A stretch of DNA of 57,966 nucleotides, counting the filler, from Sphacelaria rigidula (Eukaryota): NCBI GenBank assembly GCA_964200075.2. It is 8 parts of 8 records of this genome, joined end to end, with 100 filler letters (N's around TTAATTAATTAA, not from the genome) between each part and the next. Parts side by side here need not be neighbours in the genome. Positions count along the whole stretch, not along the records: positions 43,553 to 50,709 come from CAXNAA020016205.1; positions 50,810 to 57,966 come from CAXNAA020016206.1; 6 more parts are not named here. One strand, 5' to 3'. Within the stretch, counting starts at the first letter, position 1, and every line of letters begins with the position of its first letter. This document shows positions 48,933 to 57,966 of the stretch, piece by piece. The notes below the pieces were generated by a model. The model worked only from the letters and a program-made list of their open reading frames with translations. It was not told the origin of the DNA and did no database searches. Made by a program: the position numbers and the translations under genes.

Positions 48933-49278
48933 CTGTCGCGTCAAGTAAGGTATCGTCAAGTTACATTTCGTTGAGTAACGTTTCGTCAAGCTATGCTTCG
49001 TCAATGATTCAACACAAAAAACTCAATAAAACAAACACGCTGACAAAAAGACGAGAAAATACCACGACAACTAAACAGGTCTGAGAAGAAGGAAAATAAT
49101 GTTCTAGAACAACATGTTCACGGTGGTATACCGATTTTTATGTTCTACAATCTCATGATTATGGTATCAACCATACTGCAGGGCACCGGAAGATCCTTCA
49201 TTCCTAATTTTACCGTTAGCGTTCCGTTTCTTTTTTGTCCCTGGCATTCATAGGCACTCAATTTAGGGGTCCGGGCGG

Positions 49279-49281
<3 letters not shown>

Positions 49282-49313
<32 letters not shown>
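49282..49313. repeat. (TA)n microsatellite
   Basis: About 15 TA units. Confidence 0.9.
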
Positions 49314-49315
<2 letters not shown>

Positions 49316-49799
49316 CAACAGCTCCCGATGACTAACCGCGTTCCCGCAGAATCTCGGTGTCGAATGAATCAATTAATAGTTGCTGGGATGCTTCAACGTC
49401 CTCGCCAAGAACAAAATCTGCAACAACTCTGTGGTGAGAAAAAATATGATGTCTTCATGTCAGTTCAAATCACTGCCGGAAATGTGGATGAAATCCTTCC
49501 AAGAAGTATCGCCGTGCAGCAGCACTACTAAATAAATATATGTAGGTATATATACATTTTATGTGAGCAAACGAATCAATCTGCGATCCTTCCGAACCTG
49601 TCCAGTAAGGTGTACAAGGCCTGTCTTATCTTCCTTCCTGTTTCCCCCTAATTTTCGCTGTACTTCCCGTTTCTCATTTGTCGTTGGCGTTCACGGGGGT
49701 TTATAGTGTATTTTTGGCGTAAGGCACAATTGTCGTGGCGGATCAGCCCACAGTCCACACGCGTCAATTGATCAATCAATGTTGGGAATCCCTCCGCAC

Positions 49800-49939
49800 C
49801 TGTCCAACTCGAACAGCGTATCCCACACCGCGGGGAGGCCTTGAGCAATCTCAACGCGCTCTTCGTCGCTGCCGTGAAGACACGAAGACAGGAGGTCGAA
49901 TAGCTCCACGCCATTGACGGACTGTCCCCTCATATCAAC
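49800..49939 (-). CDS. USP34: USP34-like exon VDMRGQSVNGVELFDLLSSCLHGSDEERVEIAQGLPAVWDTLFELD(R)
   Basis: TTTTTTCTCAG acceptor, AG|GTGCGG donor, phase 0/2 compatible with the next exon. Confidence 0.72.
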
Positions 49940-52900
49940 CTGAGAAAAAAGACAAACGGATGAATGGGCGTGGACTTGCATCACGGTGAGTATTGTGCGT
50001 CATGCTCCGATGTGTCGCCATATTCCAGTGTTTGGTGATGATCCTCTGCGCTGCCATACTATAGTGTGCGTCATGTTCCAGTGGGTGTGGGTGTGTGAAA
50101 ACGTCGACATGTTACACCATTTCGCACAAGGTTTTTTCACGCGATGTTTGCAAAATCTACAGTGGATAGCAATACCAGAATGTCAACAACAAGACCGACA
50201 ACATCGCCAACACCAAAAGAGAACACCAATACAAATAACCTTCCGTCTGCTTCGGCAACTCGTCTTCACTTCTTATTTATATATTGACTTGCCGCCGCGC
50301 CTCGGTGGTCCAGTGTTATAACTGGAAGCGTTAGGTCGGTGGGAAAAAAAGGGAAAAAAAACGTGGATTCGGTTACCGCCAGACGCGTCGAGTTCAGCTT
50401 TTTTCTTCAAGAATATATTTTCTTCAAATGGCTCCAGAGATGCGAGTAGCAAGAAGAGTGTGTTAGGCTGAATTTTCTCCACTGGAGCGGGGACCCAGTG
50501 CGTGAGTGCTGATCCGAGTCGTAATGTCAAGGTGTAAAGCGTGTAGTGCCGGGAGGGAGATGGGCTGATTCCTTCTCGACACCGCGGACTCGGCCCGAGG
50601 GAGGGAGGAGGGGGATGGGGGGGGGGGGGGGGGGGGGGGGCGAGATCGCGTCTTCTTCGGTGCTTACGCACATCATGGACTGCCCCCCCCCTCAAGAGCA
50701 GGGACACATNNNNNNNNNNNNNNNNNNNNNNNNNNNNNNNNNNNNNNNNNNNNTTAATTAATTAANNNNNNNNNNNNNNNNNNNNNNNNNNNNNNNNNNN
50801 NNNNNNNNNGTGAGTGGAGTTTCCCCCTTCCATTTCACACGGCCTTCGATCGATTGCGCTGGTCTCTACTCAATAAGTGATGCCTGGTAAAACACTTGGC
50901 AAATCTATTGAGGGGGGATGTTACAGGGTGGATAATTACCCTGTATAGTAGACTATAGAGCAATTGGATCATGGCTACACCTTCTTCAGTCTAATGATGA
51001 CTTGGTGGGAAACATATCGTGCAACTTTGTTCCCCACTGGGTCACAAGAGAAAGCACACGAAAGCAACCAATTCTGGAGGCAAACTGATAATCGTCGCCC
51101 GACTTTTGTATTGCACGTCGCATCTGCTGACTACTGCTAACAACACCCATCATCCACCAAGGATCGACCCACATGCTGAGCAAGGTGCTTGCACACGTCT
51201 TCACTTCTGCACTTGGACTGCGACAGGCAAGATCTAATCAGTGTTGCGTGGTTTCTACCGTAGGTTTGACCGTATCGGAGTGAAAGTGTCACGGTAATTG
51301 GACAGCCAGCGAAGTCTGGCGTGAAACGTGTCACCGATCGGTAGAGGTCCCTGCGTATCTAACACTGATACAGCTTTGCGTCTGCGACAGCATGCCCTAC
51401 TGGTCTAGAACTCCCGCCCGTTGATTCCGGGATATTTTGTCAGCTTGGGAGGTGTCTGGTGGTACCAGGAATTCACAAATCGCACCAATAGCAAGGTGCC
51501 GTATCAGGGTGAAGCGGTATACGTCCGTTACTCCTCCCGTACCCTTCAGGGTTTTTTCAGAATTCCCGGGGCCAGTCCGCAGTTTCGAAGTAACAATCCA
51601 TCTAGCCCCTGGTATGTTGCGGTATAAGCCATCAGCTCTCGTGCTTCGCGTCGACCCTCGTCAATTTCGCGTTGCTGTACGTGTACTCTCGAGCACTTAC
51701 GCTTTCGAGGACGAAAACCCGATAGATTTTGCTCGAACAAAAGATCATCCGTCGGAATCCGAACCCGCAAGCTTCAGCCATCACTCGCGAACACTATACC
51801 GGCTAACCCTTGGAACAGCGAGAGTAGGTCATTTGTTCAATCAACATCAACTTCACATGAAGAAGTATCCATAATACAGATGGACAACCCTCATCGCGGT
51901 CCAAGGGTCGAACGACAGCGGCGAACCGACATGGAAGCCCACAGTTACAACTCGGCATGCAGCGTGCCAAGTTTATACTAAGACGAAAGACACATACGGA
52001 TGAATTGAACACCAGCGAATGACGCGTGCCTTGCCTCGAGCCTCTGTAGGTGAAACGGGGGCGAAATTGCCACTCTTTTTTTTTAGTTCGTCGGCCAACC
52101 GTCGAAGAACAGGTTGTCGAGGATTCGACAGAGACAAAGATAGGCAGTCTAGGTACTCGAGGTGGGAGGGGTGGGGGTGGGGGCGTACTCGTTAGTTGCT
52201 TGCCTTGGTCGTTTGACCACTGTTTGGGGGGGGGGGGGGAGTCCGTTTCCCCCGCTCCCCCTACACAATTGCGATTGGCAGTCAAGTACAACGCAAGCCA
52301 GTACAGTTTTCACCCGAGCTCCTTGACACCATGTTTCAATCCATGGCAGCACCGCAGACCTGAGGTGGACCTTACGCTGACCGTGTAGTGAACGCACATC
52401 AACAAAAAACGCTTCAAAACACTGCATATACAAGTTCAAGGATTCGGAATTACGTGTACACCGGCTTGCCAGTGCTTTATTCTGGTCAGCGGGCGACAAC
52501 AATCTAATCGACGCTGAACTGCGTCACGTTTGCCACTTGTTGGATCCCATCAAACAGCATGACACTGGGGGGATGGGGGGCATATTTCAACATACTGTAC
52601 TCCACAACAAGGTTTTGCTTTCAGAGGAAGTCGCACTAAACTCTCCGAAGAAATAAAAAACAAGAAAAATAAACACAAACTTTCACAAAATGCTGCCACC
52701 ACGACGTTGTTCAAATCACTGGTGTGTCTCGCGCTGCAGCGCACACAGTTCGTAACACCGAAATCTTGACCGGGCTACGCTACACAGTGTCCTCCCCGTT
52801 TCATGCAAAATGTTTCATCATCGCTGTGCAGTTGCGGACTCCCCCCTTCCCCTCCCCCGGCAAATAGCAATACAACTTGACACCAATACCACCGGTATGG

Positions 52901-53842
52901 TTCCAAGACCTCCAATAACAAGTTTAAGCAACACAATATCACAGCCCAAAACAATCGATATTCACCAACGTAACTACTATTTTTCATGCCGCCTTTATCC
53001 AAGCCCCCCCTTTTCTTCACTGGTGCGACTGCGACCAACCCCCCCCTGCACCACAAATTGAAAACGCCCCGGCTCAAGTCACGCCCGTCAGGCTACGAGT
53101 CACACACTCAACCCATTTCTTCCCCCACCCGAGAGCGTCCGAAATATCCATGTTCCAAGTTACGCTCGGTCATGATCGAATCAACCCACCCCTTCGGTAA
53201 CCCGCATCAATTCGTGATGACCATACTTCCGAACGACTTCCACAATTTGCCCACTTCTACTCACGAAGCTTGCATGTCCAACGGTCCTCCGTACACAGAT
53301 TGCTGATGCCACAGCGAAAGCCAACGCTCCAAGCGACCGTATACATAAAACGCGAGTTACCCACCCGGAGCCCCCCCCCCCCCTCCGCCAGTCAAAACAT
53401 GTGCCACAGAGGAAAATGAACGTTTTTACCCCGCGCCAAAAATAACAAAAAAAGCAAAGCTCCCCGTCGCACTTCTCAGTTGTCTTCATTTCAAGTCATT
53501 TTTCTCCCGATTTAGGTTATGGAAGCCCCAAGACTACACATAACTGCACGCCGTGTCTCGGCTCCACGGTGGGCAAACGTCATGTTTTTTCATTTTTCTC
53601 TCGGTTACCACATGCAAAAACCCTCATGTATCCTCCGAGTCGCGATCATCTCGTGTTGACATCTCAGAAACAGTATACAGCTCCTCACCGCCGAGTCATG
53701 CCGGGAGTCCAGAACCAGGGCCTTGTGCATCGACTTAAGCTTGCCCCAGTTAATATTTCACCATGATCATAAGAACGGAAGGTCACGCATACTTTTCCTG
53801 CAGCGCTCTTTTTAGTGCAGGCCACCCGTCACGCTAGATAGG

Positions 53843-54312
53843 TCATGTTGCCCTCGGCTCCCCGGCCTCACTAGACACGGCCATATCGCAACCATTACCG
53901 TCATCGCCGACGCCTTCTTCCGTCCCTTCGGCCACGGCGCCTAGCGCACTGCTGCTCCCAACGCCTCGCGAGAACGGCGCCCAACCCGCCCGGCTTGGTA
54001 GTTGTGGCGCTACAGCAGTAGCGGCATTGCCGCGTGGTTGCGATGAAAGAGAAGCGCCGAGCAGTGGGGCAGTCGATCCGCTCCCAAAAAGAGAGGACGG
54101 GTTGAGAGAGCGGCCTGAGTGGGCTGTAGGTTGGGCAGAGGTGCTTGTATTTTCGCCGACGGAGTTGTTGCTGTTGCTGTCGGCCAGGCGGTCCATGGTT
54201 GAGAATATGTCGGTTCGGGTGCGTGATATTGGCGCTCCTGTTGGTTTGCTGTTCTCATTACTGTCGTATTTTCGCACCATTAGGCTGGAGTCGCTCTTCG
54301 AAAAAAACGAAT
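53843..54312 (-). CDS. Probable terminal low-complexity S/G/A-rich exon of the WEE1 gene
   Basis: Long GC-rich open frame ending in TGA; the TTAG acceptor at 54313 is phase-1 compatible with the exon ending at 55725. No homology support. Confidence 0.45.
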
Positions 54313-55724
54313 CTAAGATTTCGTAGCACACGATGAGGATGACGGGCAAACACGAACACAAACATAAGCAGAAGACGAAATCGTTCACACAATTTTAGTA
54401 GAGAGATTCTCCGCGAGTATGAGCAAGGTGGCACAAGGGAATGCGCCATGATTCATGTGCAAACAAAATACGAAGAAGCGAACAGGATGCAAAAAAGAGA
54501 CGCAAGATGCAAGATCTAAACGATGCATTTGTTTGATTCAAAGGGGAGAGAGAAACGTCATTGCACACGAGAACCATATGTCGCAAAGGATTTCGCAACT
54601 AAACAGAAACCACGAGACGTACATTACAACGCCGAAATATAATGAATAAATTCCCGACAAGTAGAACCGCAACACACACAAGCCAAAAAATAGTTCACGC
54701 GGTGGCTATTTACCTGATACCCACGCTGTTTGAAATCTGCAAAATAATGCCCCCCTCCGTCCCGCCCCCGTCCCGCCCCTCCCCTCGAAAAAACGCCACT
54801 GCTACAGGTCATATGTACATGTATCATTTCATGTTCTTCACCACGTTTGCCGAATTTTCTCTGGCAACAAATTTTCCCGCGCTTTCTTCTGCCGCGCACT
54901 CATGAGGCTCAGCGGTGCATTATCGTTCAGGTCTGGGGGTCATCTGATACCTGTGGCGCGTGTTCTGGCCACCGAAAGTCGCTTAAACTGGCCCTTTTGC
55001 GCGTGTCGATCCCGAACCACGAAAGCCTTTTAGGATCATGAAAAACTTCAGACGGGATTACTCTTGGGGTATTTTTTTCCCCGTGTTTCTCTTTGTCGCG
55101 TTCTTGTACATTTGGGAGCACGAACACACCGGTTATGCCGCCAATGTCACGAGAACATGAGAGCAGAGCAGTTGAAAACAGGTGAACATCGCCTCGGCTT
55201 TAGTCACCAGCAAACGCAAGACCGTGCAATGGGCCGTGGGCGAGTTGAACAAGGAAAAGCAGCACGGCAGCACAGGACTGTTTCGCCGCAAAAACATAAC
55301 TCTTTATGAAAAGGTGCGGCAATGTCGAAGCCACAGTAATGTACAAAGACCATGCCAGGAACGTGCCTCTCGCTGTCATGTCTTCGTGGCATGAGAGCTA
55401 CTTCGCACTCAGCACCTGGGAAATGCCACGCATGTCCTACGCCAGCGGTTCCGCCGTTGGCCTCCGTCCGAATTCTCATATTTCCGAACGACATCCAACA
55501 ACACATGCGATGTCGTGTAAAGCCACGATCACTACTGTACATCGAGTTTCACCAGCCTCTCCAAACCAAATATTTTCGACTTGCGTCACCCTCGAGAGGT
55601 CCGTGCCAACCCCCCGAAGGGGGGCCTTGTAGAATGTACTATGTTCAGTCATGTATCACCACAAACGCATTCGAAATCACGCAATCTACGGAAAGGGTAA
55701 TAACCACGACTATTCTACACTCAC

Positions 55725-55840
55725 TGTCCCAGGTGATGGTGCGGCTGAGACGGCCACTACGCTGACTCTGCTTCTGGATCAACGCGGACACTTCCTGCTT
55801 CAGCGCTTGATTGTGATTGCGTTCTTTGTTCAGCTTCGAC
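55725..55840 (-). CDS. WEE1: WEE1 kinase exon SKLNKERNHNQALKQEVSALIQKQSQRSGRLSRTITWD (C-terminal coiled coil)
   Basis: AAAG acceptor, phase 2 matching the previous exon, A|GTGAGT donor. Confidence 0.75.
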
Positions 55841-56059
55841 CTTTAATTGAACGAAACACGGCACGCACACAACACATAGCACACGCACGCGATGAGCAAC
55901 GATATGCGGGGGTAGAAAATAGCGAATAAAAAAAGTAGCGGCAAACCACGAAGGCAAACGCGGAGGCGAAGACGAGGAAAAGCCAAGCAGGTCGAGGAAA
56001 CCAAATATGGAACCCGTGTAGCTCGCTTTTACAGGTGCCGACCATAAGACTATACGTAC

Positions 56060-56148
56060 CTTTGGTCATTAAGTTGCCTTTCCATCTCGCTCTGGAGACA
56101 AGGGTAACGAAGCAGCTCCGCGGCGGACGGTCGACACGAGGCTTCGGA
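56060..56148 (-). CDS. WEE1: WEE1 kinase exon SEASCRPSAAELLRYPCLQSEMERQLNDQ(R) (subdomain XI)
   Basis: TTTTCCAG acceptor, AG|GTACGT donor; RPSA.ELL motif. Confidence 0.85.
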
Positions 56149-56739
56149 CTGGAAAATGGCAATATATAATAGTGGGGACAGGCGTGAGGACAGCAGGAGG
56201 GAAAGGGCTTACCTAACTAGCTAGCTACACCTGGGTCACCTTCATATGTTTATCGGAAATCCACCAGCAAGTATAACATGATCAAATCTCTGAACACGGA
56301 GCAAGCATAACACCACATGATGCACGAAATGCCACACACGCAAGCTAATGAACGGAATTTTTTTTTCCAATAGCAATGTACATGCACCCAGCGAGCATTT
56401 GGTGAACACCTCGCCTCGTCATCAACCACCAACAATGATGATACACGAAACAGGCACGCCTTGGAGGCGCTCCAATCGCCTCGCTTCAAGCACCATGAGA
56501 GAAACAAACAGGAAAAACAAGTGATCTCCTTCCCTTCCCCCCTCCGCGGAGAGAGATGCACAATGCCCACGTAAGTCATGACGATGAGCGAGAATGCTCA
56601 CTCAGGACGATCGGGCGGAGAGACAGACGATTCCGAGCGATCATCGCGACGACACACGCACACACAAGAGCAACTAGAGGGGAGAAGAAAAAAAACTTAA
56701 ACCGCCCACCGACCCAAGAAACATGCACAACAAACTCAC

Positions 56740-56898
56740 ATGCATCATTTCGGTGAGGGTTCGGCACAACTCCGCCGGGAGCCCCATGGGCATTGTGAAT
56801 TTGCCCGATCGTAGTCGATGCCACTCTTCGCCATTCGGAGGCAGCGGTCGACTCGTGACAATCTCGTACAAAGTGATGCCCAGAGAAAACACGTCGCA
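56740..56898 (-). CDS. WEE1: WEE1 kinase exon CDVFSLGITLYE...LPPNGEEWHRLRSG...EMMH
   Basis: DVFSLG and the Wee1/Myt1-typical LPxNGxxWHxLRxG; CAG acceptor and CAT|GTGAGT donor. Confidence 0.92.
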
Positions 56899-57278
56899 CT
56901 GGTCGCTCCGAGCAAACGATGGATAATGACGGTAGGTAGGTAGATGACAGCAGACCAAACGGCACAAGCGAACGCCACAGAGAGATTAGGCGTTTAGAGA
57001 GAGAACATGGGCTGAACCGATGAATACCGATCTTGTCAGTAGCCCACCCACACAACACAAACGCGATACGGGATCTTAAGGGTTCCATGAAGTAGACACG
57101 AACGTCCATTCAATGAGGCTTTCATACAGAAATATCTTCGAAGGAAACTCTCTCATCACACCCAGAATGAAACAACTCACAACATTACACGAGATAGGTG
57201 CGCTATGAACTCACCATTGTACCTTATTTTTCATCGGCATCAATCGGGTGTACGGCATACGGTGTGCATGTCTCTCAC

Positions 57279-57434
57279 CTTGGTCAAGTTGGAGTGATCA
57301 TCGTTCAGCAGCTCCTTCGACATGTAGCGAGAATCCCCCTCCATAACGTCCGTTCCTGAAGTCGCGTGTGCCGGTGCAACCAGGCCGAAGTCACCCAGCT
57401 TGTACTGCCCGTTCTTCACGAAAATGTTTCCCGG
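57279..57434 (-). CDS. WEE1: WEE1 kinase exon PGNIFVKNGQYKLGDFGLV...EGDSRYMSKELLNDDHSNLTK; 5' part of the gene lies beyond the window
   Basis: KLGDFG plus the Wee1-family EGDxRYM motif; CAG acceptor and AAG|GTGAGA donor. Confidence 0.93.
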
Positions 57435-57966
57435 CTGTCGTGTGCGTGCCATGTGATGGTAGTGAACAAGTCAGCAGGAAGGTACCACAAGGAAAAATAC
57501 AAGATGAAATATAAAAAGAGAATCTTACTCAGGTAGAGGATAGATGATAGCTTATTACGGCAAGCGATGAGGGGAAACTTGGCTTAGAAATAACAAAACT
57601 TGGCTTCGCTTGCAGCATCCAACTGCATCAGACTCAATTGAACACCAGCAACAAATACACGAATCAAGATACAAGTCAAAGAAGAACAAGAACAAAAATT
57701 AGGGACACGTGCAGTACAGTCCATGATATGTTATGATCCGCCCCCGCCTCCCTGCTGCAAAACCACGCCTCCCCTTTTCACGTTTACCCGTGTGATTTTT
57801 CAGGCCGTCGATCACAGCACACAAACTCGCAAGTAAAAAACATCCGCGAACCCCTTACAGACATCCCTCCTTGCGGCGAGAAAAACCCCACCTGGTGCTC
57901 CCTCTCGAAAGGGATGCATGGTCAACGGTGAAATGACTGAGGCAAGCAGCGAATGAGAATTCCCCC

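Overview
Eukaryotic, repeat-rich and intron-rich DNA, most consistent with a brown alga or other stramenopile. This is inferred from short GT-AG exons in long introns, TTAGGG repeats and the repeat content. The window is not one locus. It is 8 contigs of 7160-7157 bp, sorted by length and joined by 100-bp N/TTAATTAATTAA linkers, so nothing should be linked across the gaps. By hand I could splice partial minus-strand genes for an ATP-type 6-phosphofructokinase, a coiled-coil protein, a USP34-like deubiquitinase and a WEE1 kinase. The rest is mostly mobile DNA: a decayed chromodomain Ty3/Gypsy element with both LTRs but no RT core, a pogo/Tigger transposase pseudogene split at its catalytic motif by a MITE, RTE LINE fragments, two tRNA-derived SINE families, several MITE families and long foldback palindromes. 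The most unusual leads are (i) a palindrome family whose arm also abuts a tyrosine-recombinase-like ORF, (ii) a TIR-bounded array of hairpin-bearing ~43-bp units and (iii) tRNA-like cassettes inside DNA-transposon MITEs. None is proven to be a new system. All identities and family assignments are by eye or from recall, not from searches.
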